Of a stretch of DNA of 64,000 nucleotides, positions 18,672-27,905 are shown in pieces. The stretch spans positions 171,754 to 235,753 of the forward strand of contig JBFIHX010000004.1 in the NCBI GenBank assembly GCA_041601615.1, read 5' to 3'. Position 1 is the first letter of the stretch. Each line of letters starts with the position of its first letter. The translations under genes and the position numbers were made by a program. A model generated the notes under the pieces. It was not told where the DNA came from. It was given only the letters and a program-made list of their open reading frames with translations, and searched no databases. The DNA comes from Thermoplasmatota archaeon. GTDB taxonomy: Archaea; Thermoplasmatota; E2; JACPAO01; JAHFTW01.

Positions 18672-19472
18672 ATGTCTTCCAAGACCTTGACGGCGGTATC
18701 CGTCGTTGCCGTCGCGCTGATGATGAACATGAGCCCTGCCCAGGCAATTGTTGGTGGCGGCCTTGCCAGTCCCGGTGAATACCCATGGATGGCGGCCATC
18801 TACAACGATGACCCGAGCTATGGGCAATTCTGTGGCGGCACCCTCGTCGACGCCGACACCGTCGTCACCGCAGCCCACTGCGTCGAGGGCTTGCTCGGCA
18901 TCAAATTCATCGACAACTTGGTCGACCGTTTGCTCTATGGAGAGCTCATGGTAATGCTTGGCCGCGAATCGCTTTCCGGCAGCGGAGGCGAGGAAATCGC
19001 CGTGAGCAACGTCGTCGTCCACCCCAACTACCGCGGCGGCGGCAGCGACATTGCAATCATCAAACTTGCATCCAACAGCGCACAGACCCCCATTGCCTAC
19101 GCCGTGCCGGCCGACGCGAGCTACTACAGCACCGGCACCACCGCCACCGTCACCGGCTGGGGCACCACCAGCAGCGGCGGGTCCAGCAGCAACAACCTGC
19201 GCGAAGTGGACGTTCCCATCGTCAGCGATACCTCCTGCCAAAGCAGCTACGGCAGCAGCCTAGAACCCAGTGTGGAAATCTGCGCCGGCTACCCCAACGG
19301 CGGCAAGGACTCCTGCCAAGGCGACAGCGGCGGCCCCCTCATCGTCAGCAAAGGCAGCGGCAAACTCCTCGTCGGCGTTGTCAGCTGGGGCAACGGCTGC
19401 GCCCGCGCCGGCTACCCAGGCGTCTACGCAGAAGTTGGAGCCCTGAGCAGCTTCATCACCGCCAACCTCTGA
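18672..19472 (+). CDS. Secreted trypsin-like serine protease (S1A)
   Basis: Signal peptide, IVGG, CGGTL, TAAHC, DIAII, KDSCQGDSGGP, GVVSWG, PGVY. Confidence 0.95.
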   Translation: MSSKTLTAVSVVAVALMMNMSPAQAIVGGGLASPGEYPWMAAIYNDDPSYGQFCGGTLVDADTVVTAAHCVEGLLGIKFIDNLVDRLLYGELMVMLGRESLSGSGGEEIAVSNVVVHPNYRGGGSDIAIIKLASNSAQTPIAYAVPADASYYSTGTTATVTGWGTTSSGGSSSNNLREVDVPIVSDTSCQSSYGSSLEPSVEICAGYPNGGKDSCQGDSGGPLIVSKGSGKLLVGVVSWGNGCARAGYPGVYAEVGALSSFITANL

Positions 19473-19562
19473 AGTTGAAACCGCAACCATCGGCCGGAAC
19501 CGTGCCCTGGCTGCGCAGACTCCCACCGCCGAGCTTTTCCCGGTAGCGCCCGGTCGTCCCTC

Positions 19563-19886
19563 GTGGATCGGCTCCTGTGGTACGTGTTTGCCGGCAGTCG
19601 CGGCGGAGCCACGCGCGTGCGAATCATCAACGCCCTTCTCGATCGACCCCACAACACCAACGAACTGGCCCGCCGCCTCGACCTCGACTACAAATCGGTG
19701 GAATACCAATTGCGTGTCCTTCTGAAGCACGTCTATGTCGTCACCAGTGGACCCGACTACGGGCGTCTGTACGAGCCGAGCAAGAACCTCGTTGCGGCGT
19801 TTGAGGAGTTTCAAGCAATCGCGGCAAAATTGGAGGGCGGAAGGAGCCAATTGGGGAAAGACCGAAATACATCTGCGGAGGGATGA
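19563..19886 (+). CDS. ArsR-like winged-helix regulator
   Basis: LLWYVFAGSRGGATRVRII...NTNELARRLDLDYKSVEYQL. Confidence 0.88.
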   Translation: MDRLLWYVFAGSRGGATRVRIINALLDRPHNTNELARRLDLDYKSVEYQLRVLLKHVYVVTSGPDYGRLYEPSKNLVAAFEEFQAIAAKLEGGRSQLGKDRNTSAEG

Positions 19887-19892
19887 CGTCGC

Positions 19893-20249
19893 ATGGGCTT
19901 TGCGATGGTGACGAATTTTTTCATCGTAGGCGTCAACACCATGCTGCTGACGATCCTCCTAGCCCTGTACGGCCGCATGATGGCCCAAGCCGCGACCCGG
20001 TTCACGCTGGGATTGATGCTGTTTGCCGGCGCCCTGTGGGCCCAGTGCGCGGTCCAGCTCTACTTCATGGCAACCATGATGCCCTTGTTCGTGGGTGGAC
20101 TCCAGGGAGTCGTACTTGCCCAGAACCTCCTGGCCATGTTTGCCACGGCGTTCTTGCTGGCGGTCACCATCGACCCCGTCGGCGGACGCGCAAAACCAGA
20201 AGCCTCCGCCGACAGCGGCCGTCTGGACGTGGACCCAGACGTATCGTAG
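19893..20249 (+). CDS. Small membrane protein (3 TM)
   Basis: Hydrophobic helices with RFTLGLMLFA; follows the ArsR-like gene. Confidence 0.75.
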   Translation: MGFAMVTNFFIVGVNTMLLTILLALYGRMMAQAATRFTLGLMLFAGALWAQCAVQLYFMATMMPLFVGGLQGVVLAQNLLAMFATAFLLAVTIDPVGGRAKPEASADSGRLDVDPDVS

Positions 20250-20340
20250 GTTCTGAATCAGTCATCGCTTCGGCGCCTGCGAAAATCGAAGAGCCTTGCC
20301 AAGTGGAACGCACACAAGCGTACAAGGAGCCAGGGTCAAT

Positions 20341-20354
20341 TCGAACATGTTCGA
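20341..20354. promoter_or_regulatory. Palindromic operator TCGAACATGTTCGA
   Basis: Perfect 14-bp palindrome upstream of the aminotransferase; the core recurs at 21958, 21979 and 35473. Confidence 0.7.
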
Positions 20355-20441
20355 CTTCGGATTCCGTGGTTCATGACCAGATGGCAAATTTCCCCCGGGC
20401 CGAACCCTTTTCCCGGGGTCTTTGGTAGCCGCACCCAGCCC

Positions 20442-21674
20442 ATGGACGTAACGAGACTCTGGAGCGACCGCGCCAACGCCATGAAGGCCAGCGAAATCCG
20501 TGAACTGCTGAAACTGACGGAGAAACCGGACGTCATCAGCTTTGCCGGAGGCCTTCCGAACCCCCAGAGTTTCCCGGTCGCTGAAGTCACCGAAGCGGCC
20601 AATCGCGTTCTGCGCGACCATCCTGCCCGCGCCATGCAGTACAGCACCACCGAGGGCATCACAGAATTGCGCGACTCCGTGGCTCAGTACCTGCAAGAGA
20701 GCAACGGCATGGACGTGGACGCCGACAGCGTTCTCATCACAAACGGCAGCCAGCAAGGACTGGACTTGCTTGGCCGCACACTCATCAATCAAGGCGACAC
20801 CATCGTCACGAGCAATCCGACGTACCTCGGTGCCCTCCAGGCGTTCAATTTCTACGGCGCCAAGTACGCAGGAGTCGCGAGCGACGGCGATGGCCTGATT
20901 CCCGACCACCTCGACGAAACCCTTACGGGCCTTGCCAAGAAGGGCATTCGACCCAAGTTCCTCTACGCGGTGCCCACGTTCCAGAACCCCAGCGGCACCT
21001 GCATCCCCGAGGCGCGCCGCCGCCGCATCCTAGAACTTGCCCACGAGCACGACCTCCTGATTGTTGAGGACGATCCGTACGGCCGCTTGCGCTTCGACGG
21101 CGACGCAGTGCCAACAATGCACAAGCTCGACAAGGGCGAAGGCCGCGTGCTCTACCTTGGAACGTTCAGCAAGATCCTCGTGCCCGGCTTCCGCCTCGCC
21201 TGGACCACGGGCCCCGAGGCCCTTGTGCGCAAGATGGTCGTCAGCAAGCAAAGCATCGATCTTTGCACCAACGCCTTCACGCAATTCATCGCTGCAGACA
21301 TGCTCGCAAGCGGCGTCATCGAACGCCACCTTCCCAAGATCATCGAGCTGTACAAGCGCAAGCGCGACGTGATGCTCGGCGCCATGGACAAGCACTTCCC
21401 CACCGAGGGTGTGACTTGGACCCGCAACCAGGGCGGGATGTTCACTTGGGCCGAGATGCCGCAGGGCATCAACACGGTCGAGATGCTGCAAGAGACCATC
21501 AAGCAGAACGTCGCGTACGTACCCGGCAAGCCGTTCTTCCCGGACCCCGAGCAGGGTTTCAACACCATGCGCCTCAACTTCACCCACGCCACCGACGCCA
21601 ACATCGAAGTGGGCATCGAGCGGCTGGCAGGCGTCATGGATGAGACGCTGGCGAAGTCCAAGTTGACTGCGTAG
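20442..21674 (+). CDS. PLP-dependent aminotransferase class I (LysN/ARO8-like)
   Basis: SEIRELLK, ISFAGGLP, TNGSQQGLDL, EDDPY, GTFSKILVPGFRLAW. Confidence 0.93.
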   Translation: MDVTRLWSDRANAMKASEIRELLKLTEKPDVISFAGGLPNPQSFPVAEVTEAANRVLRDHPARAMQYSTTEGITELRDSVAQYLQESNGMDVDADSVLITNGSQQGLDLLGRTLINQGDTIVTSNPTYLGALQAFNFYGAKYAGVASDGDGLIPDHLDETLTGLAKKGIRPKFLYAVPTFQNPSGTCIPEARRRRILELAHEHDLLIVEDDPYGRLRFDGDAVPTMHKLDKGEGRVLYLGTFSKILVPGFRLAWTTGPEALVRKMVVSKQSIDLCTNAFTQFIAADMLASGVIERHLPKIIELYKRKRDVMLGAMDKHFPTEGVTWTRNQGGMFTWAEMPQGINTVEMLQETIKQNVAYVPGKPFFPDPEQGFNTMRLNFTHATDANIEVGIERLAGVMDETLAKSKLTA

Positions 21675-21746
21675 CCACGACCACGGACTCGGCGGTGCGC
21701 GGCGGCGGCAGGCGCCCACTGGTCCAGGGGTTTAGCTGCGCTTGCA

Positions 21747-21800
21747 CTAGTGGTACATGCTCTGCACCATGCGCTCCGTGACATGATTCTCGTCGTCCAC
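21747..21800 (-). CDS. Putative micro-peptide MDDENHVTERMVQSMYH (17 aa)
   Basis: GTG start preceded by GAGG; similar to the peptide at 21867-21929. Confidence 0.45.
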   Translation of the reverse strand: MDDENHVTERMVQSMYH

Positions 21801-21866
21801 GGCCCTCGATGGGTTCGGCTGATGTGATGATGTGGGTGGTGAACCGGTGGAAACCGGAACTTCTAG

Positions 21867-21929
21867 TCACCAGTACATCATTTGGATCAGGCGGGCCGTT
21901 TCCGTCTCGTCTTCTGGCTGGGGGGCCAT
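21867..21929 (-). CDS. Putative micro-peptide MAPQPEDETETARLIQMMYW (20 aa)
   Basis: ATG start 27 nt downstream of the double palindrome; similar to the peptide at 21747-21800. Confidence 0.5.
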   Translation of the reverse strand: MAPQPEDETETARLIQMMYW

Positions 21930-21955
21930 GGCTTGCGCATCCAACTGGCAAATAC

Positions 21956-21989
21956 ATGAACATGTTCATTCTGATTCTGAACATGTTCG
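21956..21989. promoter_or_regulatory. Tandem GAACATGTTC operators
   Basis: ATGAACATGTTCAT (21956-21969) and GAACATGTTC (21979-21988); cores 21 bp apart. Confidence 0.7.
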
Positions 21990-22162
21990 CTCTAGGTGCA
22001 TCTATTCACGCGAACCGGAGCTTCCATTGGCGTGGCACATACCGCTGAAACATGAGCCTCAAGACTCGACGCTCTGCACCAAGAATCCCCGCACAAAGGC
22101 GCGTAGATGCATGGTGAGACCGCGGGACAACGTTGAAGCGGACTTGGACATTGTCTTGGACC

Positions 22163-22429
22163 ATGCGACGAAATCGTGACCCCACGGCCCGGGTCCTGGC
22201 AGCACTGGGCGAGGCGGGGACGCTCGACTACGAACGCATCCGTTTCCATACCGGACTTGGCGGCTTGGAAGTGGTGCGAGCACTGGAATCATTGGAACAG
22301 GATGGTCAGGTGCTCATGAAACGAGCTGGCGACCAAGTGCTGTGGCAATTGGACCGGGCAGACCTGGACAAGCGATTTTCCCAACGAGTCCGGACCGAGG
22401 CCGACGCCACCGTGACCACGCGACGTTAA
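22163..22429 (+). CDS. Small winged-helix protein
   Basis: RVLAALGEAGTLDYERIRFHTGLGGLEVVRALESLEQDGQV wHTH pattern. Confidence 0.7.
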   Translation: MRRNRDPTARVLAALGEAGTLDYERIRFHTGLGGLEVVRALESLEQDGQVLMKRAGDQVLWQLDRADLDKRFSQRVRTEADATVTTRR

Positions 22430-22450
22430 CCGGAAAACCAAGCGAGTGCG

Positions 22451-22735
22451 CTACTCGTTGGCCACCATGAGCACGCCGCGACGCACGAGGTCCTGCATGA
22501 CTTCCTGCAAGTCGCCATGCAATTCCGCCGCCGAAACATCCGGATACCGCTCCTGCAACAAATCTGCCACCTCCACCAAGGTGCGCCCCTCGCGTGCTGC
22601 ATCGAAGGCGATTCGTGCCGTGCTGTTGAGTTCGAACACGTCGCCGCTGGCAAGGTTCGTGACAAAATTCGCCTGTCCTTCCCCGGACACCATAACGTCT
22701 GGCAGGACCCGGAACGTCGAGTTGTCCGTGATCAT
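22451..22735 (-). CDS. PqqD family / RiPP recognition element protein
   Basis: VTNLASGDVFELNSTARIAF...GRTLVEVADLLQERYPDV...DLQEVMQDLVRRGVL pattern. Confidence 0.85.
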   Translation of the reverse strand: MITDNSTFRVLPDVMVSGEGQANFVTNLASGDVFELNSTARIAFDAAREGRTLVEVADLLQERYPDVSAAELHGDLQEVMQDLVRRGVLMVANE

Positions 22736-22827
22736 GCAGAGGCCCCGAGACGAGCGTCGCCAACAATCGCGTCCTCGAACCGGACCCTGCTGGAGGGGGC
22801 GGTGGGCAGTGGCGCTTCCAAGTGCAT
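22732..22827 (-). CDS. 31-aa peptide coupled to PqqD (candidate precursor)
   Basis: MHLEAPLPTAPSSRVRFEDAIVGDARLGASA; its TGA overlaps the PqqD ATG (ATGA); an in-frame stop lies two codons before its ATG. Confidence 0.45.
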   Translation of the reverse strand: MHLEAPLPTAPSSRVRFEDAIVGDARLGASA

Positions 22828-23000
22828 CAGTCAGCGCACCAACAGGTTCCGCCTAAACCATTGTGCCGATTCCTAGTCACGTCGTTACCCACCCTGCCTC
22901 AATCATTCCATGGGAGTTGGTGTCCCTATGCCGCAAAGCAGGTACACATGCCGACGTTTGCTCCAACCGACTTATATCCACAGGAAGTTGCGTATATGTC

Positions 23001-23984
23001 ATGCGCAACGTATCCCTTCTTCTTGTCCTGGGCCTGATTCTGGCCGGCTGCACAACGACCAATGAGCCCAGCGAAGCGATGGCAAACGAACCCATGGATC
23101 AGGACACGAACGAGGAGCCGAACCAGGTGGCGCAACCCAACCGCACTCCCGCCACCACCAACCGCACCACAGTCATTGCGGCGACGGACGACCCGACGTT
23201 CTTGGGCCTGCGCGTCCAAAGCAAAGGTCCCACGGTCTTGGAAATCCAATTGGACGTAGGCGCAAAACAGCGCTGCTCCCTCGACACCTCCATCGTCGGC
23301 ACCGACGCCACCAACGGCGGACCCGCCTTTGTCCGGCTCACCGAATACGAGCGCGGCGGATACGGTTGGACCTACTACGGCGCGACGGGGCTCGCCAGCG
23401 TCAACGTGGCAGACCTAGACAGGATCATCATCGGCGACGACGAACAAGGTAACTTCCGTGCCCTTTCTTCCTTCGAGTCCAACTTCGAAGGCGTCATGCG
23501 GTTTACGCTGATGACCTCGGAGGCCCGCGTGTATCCTCCGAATGAGCCGGACAATGCATCGCTGCAATTCGAGATGGACTGCGAGGCCACCATAGAAGTC
23601 TTGAGCGTCCGCTCCGGCACGGAGACCACTTTGTACGGTCGATCGAGCATCGATTCTCTTGCCGGCGCCGACGTTAGCCCCGTCGGAGGCGCTTCCGTCC
23701 AAGGACGCGGAAGTGCCACCGTGGCAGCCGAAAATGGCCGAATCCTCGCCAGTCGAGGCGGGTACGAATACGGCCCCTTCCAAATTTCATCCCCTGGAGG
23801 CTCCGCAGTTCTTGGCCCCACGGCATCAGGATTGATTTTTGCCGAAGGCGGGCCCGGAGAGTATGCCGTGGAGACCACGGAATTGGGCGCCGTCGTAGAT
23901 CTGTTTTGGGCAGGGATTCTCGGATTCGACAATGGCCACCAAGTGATACGCTACCCCGAACCGGAACTGAGGCCCACGTCCTGA
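23001..23984 (+). CDS. Putative lipoprotein
   Basis: MRNVSLLLVLGLILAGC lipobox, low-complexity linker, beta-rich domain. Confidence 0.78.
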   Translation: MRNVSLLLVLGLILAGCTTTNEPSEAMANEPMDQDTNEEPNQVAQPNRTPATTNRTTVIAATDDPTFLGLRVQSKGPTVLEIQLDVGAKQRCSLDTSIVGTDATNGGPAFVRLTEYERGGYGWTYYGATGLASVNVADLDRIIIGDDEQGNFRALSSFESNFEGVMRFTLMTSEARVYPPNEPDNASLQFEMDCEATIEVLSVRSGTETTLYGRSSIDSLAGADVSPVGGASVQGRGSATVAAENGRILASRGGYEYGPFQISSPGGSAVLGPTASGLIFAEGGPGEYAVETTELGAVVDLFWAGILGFDNGHQVIRYPEPELRPTS

Positions 23985-24014
23985 GGCGCATCCCGGGATT
24001 CACGACACGGTTGT

Positions 24015-24041
24015 TCAGAACCCCGCCAGAACCGCCGACAC
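24015..24041 (-). repeat. Direct-repeat copy of etfA 3' end
   Basis: 23/27 identical to 30270-30296; translates VSAVLAGF* versus etfA VAAVLAGF*. Confidence 0.65.
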
Positions 24042-24179
24042 GGAGACCCACACCACACCTTCCTGCATCCACTGCCGGACTTCCTACGTTGCTTTCTTAC
24101 CATTCCCCTCACACGGAGTCCGGTTGCGAAACTCGGAGGGGTATCTTGGAGGGAGAGGGAAAAGAATCAGAGCCCGTGA

Positions 24180-24845
24180 TTACCAGTCATGTGGTGGGGG
24201 CGAGGACGTGCTGCCATACTCCCCACTCCATGGGCAACGACCATGGTCTGGAGAGCAAACGATTCTCCCACCAGGGCCGCCATCCAACCGGTAGGTATCG
24301 CCCTCGTCCAAATAGACGACTCTGGCTTCCCACGCCTCCCAGTATCCAGATTCGAAGATTTTATGGTACGTCAACCAAACCTCGACCTTTTCTCCTTGTA
24401 AATCACCTAGGAAGAACGACGTGGGGTGAGTTACGGTAGCATTGCGCACACCCGTCAAGGTGTACGATCGGAACCAATCAGCGCCGGGAGGCGGGTGGAA
24501 CTCCTTAGTGGAATTGCGGGTGCCGTCCTCCACATGCAGCCGCACGGTCCAGTTCTCGCCCTCAAAAGGCTCGACCGTGTCTTTGTAGTGCCAGATCCCG
24601 TAGACCACAATAGAGACGTTCAGCTCTGCATCATGCCTCGGCAGGGTCATGGGCCAATCTTCCACATACAATGCCCACCTTGGTACGCTGGAGGTACCGC
24701 CTTCCATAGGCCCGTACTCTACGACAGCCATGGGAGCGTGCAGGGTTGGAACCTTTGTTTCATGGGAGGCAACGGGTAACGTAGACTGGGTGCATCCGCT
24801 CATCGTCAAGCCAAGCAAAAGTAGGAATGCGATGAACGGGCGCAT
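24180..24845 (-). CDS. Putative lipoprotein
   Basis: MRPFIAFLLLLGLTMSGC lipobox; TGATG overlap with the upstream protease gene. Confidence 0.75.
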   Translation of the reverse strand: MRPFIAFLLLLGLTMSGCTQSTLPVASHETKVPTLHAPMAVVEYGPMEGGTSSVPRWALYVEDWPMTLPRHDAELNVSIVVYGIWHYKDTVEPFEGENWTVRLHVEDGTRNSTKEFHPPPGADWFRSYTLTGVRNATVTHPTSFFLGDLQGEKVEVWLTYHKIFESGYWEAWEARVVYLDEGDTYRLDGGPGGRIVCSPDHGRCPWSGEYGSTSSPPPHDW

Positions 24846-26917
24846 CACGTCGGCCACCCGGTTGTATCGATGGTATTGTGGTTGGCCACAGTGCGCAATT
24901 GTCCCGCCCTAGTTGAACCTGCGCCATAGTGGTCGCGCCAGTCATCGTAAAAAGCTCGGAACGTAATTTGAGCACCATTTGTAGGGGATGCGTCGTGCTG
25001 CAGTACGGGGATGACGTGGGTTTCAGTGACGAGGTCCACACTTTCACCGTCGTTACTTCCATCCACAAGATCCCATAGTGCGGCGGCCACACGCCCCTCC
25101 ACATTCACACCTTGGTCGAAGGACCAAGACCCCGAACTTGCGAACGTCTCGATATCCCACCAACCACCGTTGGCAAAATAATTCCGAGTTTTGGCAACCG
25201 CATTTCCACCCTCGTAACGGGTTACGCCATAGAGCCCATGGATGGCCCAAAAAATGGCCCACCCCTCACTCCAAGCGCACCTGCCCCCGCTGGCTTGGTT
25301 GAAATAGTGTGGGCTTGGGCAGCCGGTTGGTGTGTGGGTGCCATAAAGGTCATGCATCAGTCGATGTCCATATTCGTGAGATACAGTGTTCGGAGTGGTT
25401 GCCTGATCCGAGCCCAGGTGAATCTCCCGGGTGGCCGGGTCGTAATGTCCCGTGTCTCGGTTGTGCGTTTGCCCATCCGCGATTGTGCCTGGTTTCTCTG
25501 CGGGAGTGCGAACCACCACGTCATCCTGGACGTTTGGGATACTGCTGCCAAACCTGCCGTAAGCAGTGGTTGTCCACCAATAGGCCATAGCTCCTTTGTC
25601 CCAGTCTTCAATATCCAATTCTTGGTAGCCGTAGTTTCCGGTCGGGGAGTTCCGGTCTACGTAGATTGCTCCTAGATAACAGTTCGTGCTAGAACAATTG
25701 AGCATCTGCGCCTGGCCAGGATTATAGTAGTAGACCAGTCCAGATTCGTCCGCGACGGTAACCCGGTCGGTCCCGGTCAGACCGACCTGGACGTAGGGGT
25801 CGATGGCGCCCTCATTGTCCGCAACGCGAACCCACTTCGAGAAGTATCCGTTGATGGAGGCACTTCCGCTTCCGAAATAATCATGTCGACTACTACCGTC
25901 GCTTTCATAGAAATCGATGGAACAGTAGGAGCAGGGACGGTCGGTTCCAGAATCGGGTTCGACGAGGCGAATGTTTCCAGAAATGTAGACACTCCGCCCA
26001 CTGTTGCCGCTGCTATCGTCAAGGTCGCCGGTGTTTGGCTCTTTGTAACTGATATCTCCTTGGGTACGCACCTGACCATCTTGATGAGATACGGGGGCGG
26101 TGACGGTCACGTTCGTATTGTCTGCCAAGATGCGTGAGGGTCGCACCGGTTCGGGAAGGAAGCCTTCAACGGCCCCGACCAATTCTACTGCCTCGTAAAT
26201 TGCGGGAGGCAGGTTTGGAGCCACCGTTCCATCCCTGTCCACGAAGGACGTTGGAATCATGTTCCCGAGCGGTGGATCCGGCATGGCACTAAAGTTGCAG
26301 CAGCGGCCACGCATGTTGTCGATTGCGACACCGTAGCTGCCCCAGGCGTAGAATGCATCTGCACGGTCAGGAAGTGCTGTTGGGTCTTCTCCGGCTTCTT
26401 CCAGAGCATCGCCAATGAGCGATGCGAGGTTGACACCTTCTCCTGGTTCCGAGCCCACATCAAACATTCGGTAGAAGTAGAGGTGGTAGTCGTTGTTGAG
26501 GACGTAGGCGTCGCCACCATCGATTTCCGTACTCAAGCGAACCTGGGCCAACCCCTCATCAAGAGCTTCAAAATTGAAGGCTTCCCAGACTTTGCCGGTC
26601 GTCAGATTGCGACCCCGCAGGGCCTCTTCGCCTTCTGCTAGGGCCGCACGTCCGTCGGGCGACCAGACTTGAATGCTTGTGGAATTGGCACCCCAGTCTG
26701 TGGAGCCCGTGAGTTCGATGGCCCACTCGCCTTCGGGGTCACCCACGAGCCGAATATGGGTCTGAAGGGGTTCCGCAGCAGGCCCATTGTCATGCAAGTC
26801 AGGGATATCGTCAGGGGAAACAGGCAAGGGTGCCGCAAGTGCAGGCATTGCAATGAACAATGCCATCGCGAGGGCAGCTAGGTGCTGGACTTTTCGATTT
26901 TTTTCGTTTGAATTCAT
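24845..26917 (-). CDS. Secreted zinc metallopeptidase (HEXXH, gluzincin-like)
   Basis: Signal peptide, SHEYGHRLMH plus downstream AWSEGWA third ligand, AAALWDL; GGAG RBS before ATG 26917. Confidence 0.85.
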   Translation of the reverse strand: MNSNEKNRKVQHLAALAMALFIAMPALAAPLPVSPDDIPDLHDNGPAAEPLQTHIRLVGDPEGEWAIELTGSTDWGANSTSIQVWSPDGRAALAEGEEALRGRNLTTGKVWEAFNFEALDEGLAQVRLSTEIDGGDAYVLNNDYHLYFYRMFDVGSEPGEGVNLASLIGDALEEAGEDPTALPDRADAFYAWGSYGVAIDNMRGRCCNFSAMPDPPLGNMIPTSFVDRDGTVAPNLPPAIYEAVELVGAVEGFLPEPVRPSRILADNTNVTVTAPVSHQDGQVRTQGDISYKEPNTGDLDDSSGNSGRSVYISGNIRLVEPDSGTDRPCSYCSIDFYESDGSSRHDYFGSGSASINGYFSKWVRVADNEGAIDPYVQVGLTGTDRVTVADESGLVYYYNPGQAQMLNCSSTNCYLGAIYVDRNSPTGNYGYQELDIEDWDKGAMAYWWTTTAYGRFGSSIPNVQDDVVVRTPAEKPGTIADGQTHNRDTGHYDPATREIHLGSDQATTPNTVSHEYGHRLMHDLYGTHTPTGCPSPHYFNQASGGRCAWSEGWAIFWAIHGLYGVTRYEGGNAVAKTRNYFANGGWWDIETFASSGSWSFDQGVNVEGRVAAALWDLVDGSNDGESVDLVTETHVIPVLQHDASPTNGAQITFRAFYDDWRDHYGAGSTRAGQLRTVANHNTIDTTGWPT

Positions 26918-27605
26918 GTTTTCTTTCTCCATTGTGAATGGTTGTAGTGGGGCAAGGACGCCCTGAAGCGGGCGTACAGACACGGGGACGTGCGTCGGTG
27001 CCGTCATGGCACTCCTGAACTCATGGCCGGCAGTATGTCCGCGAGCTTGTGAGGGCGTGCGCGAACCCGATGAATGCCGAATAAGAGAGGAACGCTAGGG
27101 GTTCCAAGGTGGTGTGTCAGTGCATCCGTGCCATCATGGGGGCGGAGGCAGTTTGCAAAAAAGCCCGGGAGAGACAGGTTGTCAAATTGCACGACACCGG
27201 ATTGGCTTGCTAAGGGCTCATGAAGATGCTGAGGCCGCGTCAAACCGGCCTTGTTCAGCCCCTTTGGCATAGTGTCGAAACCCCGGCGTGCTTGGTCGAA
27301 CTGGGGCGCCCATGCTGTCTGTCTGGGTGGTGAGTCCATCCAAGAATTTAGGCAACACCGCAACTGAGGCGCAGAGGTTCGTGTCGCCGTGTCACGACAC
27401 GAAATGGATTCGCCCCCGCCCTTACTTCCCCCCTGAAGTTCTTTTTTATCTTGCATGTCAAGCTGAAGAAGAGCGATAATCAAGACATGATTTTTGGTGC
27501 AAACACCGGCACCTTAGTTCGACAGGAGTAAACGGCCGAAGGTGCCGGCGCGGACGCCAAAACCATTAGAAACCTCGGCCGTTTTGGAATTGATGGAGAC
27601 AATTC

Positions 27606-27902
27606 ATGACTGCTCAGTTCACTCCAGCAATATTTACCCTCGTGGTTCTCTTTCTGACCATTCCCCCAGTTGCAGGGGAAGAATTGCCCATAGACACAGG
27701 CACCCTCGCCCACATTGATGTAGAGCTTGGCCCTGACTCACTTCGAGACTGTGTCCGCCCTATCATCATGGGAGACACTGAAGGAAGGCCTAAACTTACC
27801 CTCGTCACCCCATACAGTTTGTTGGCGAGAAACTGGGAAGCAGGCGTGGTTGTCCTGGACGGACAACGAAATGGATACTTTGGAATCGAATTCGGCTGCT
27901 GA
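27606..27902 (+). CDS. Small secreted two-Cys protein
   Basis: Signal peptide; similar to 38418-38696. Confidence 0.7.
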   Translation: MTAQFTPAIFTLVVLFLTIPPVAGEELPIDTGTLAHIDVELGPDSLRDCVRPIIMGDTEGRPKLTLVTPYSLLARNWEAGVVVLDGQRNGYFGIEFGC

Positions 27903-27905
27903 GAA

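Noticed and set aside
20341-20354. LexA SOS (Cheo) box
   Set aside because: The spacer is 2 nt rather than 4 and the neighbouring genes are not DNA-repair genes; kept only as an unknown operator.
22052-22179. Two short plus-strand ORFs (21 and 22 aa) before the small wHTH gene
   Set aside because: No similarity to each other or to the other peptides, and no supporting signal.
27004-27483. 159-aa minus-strand ORF between the peptidase and module 2
   Set aside because: No motif and atypical composition; more likely divergent promoter DNA.
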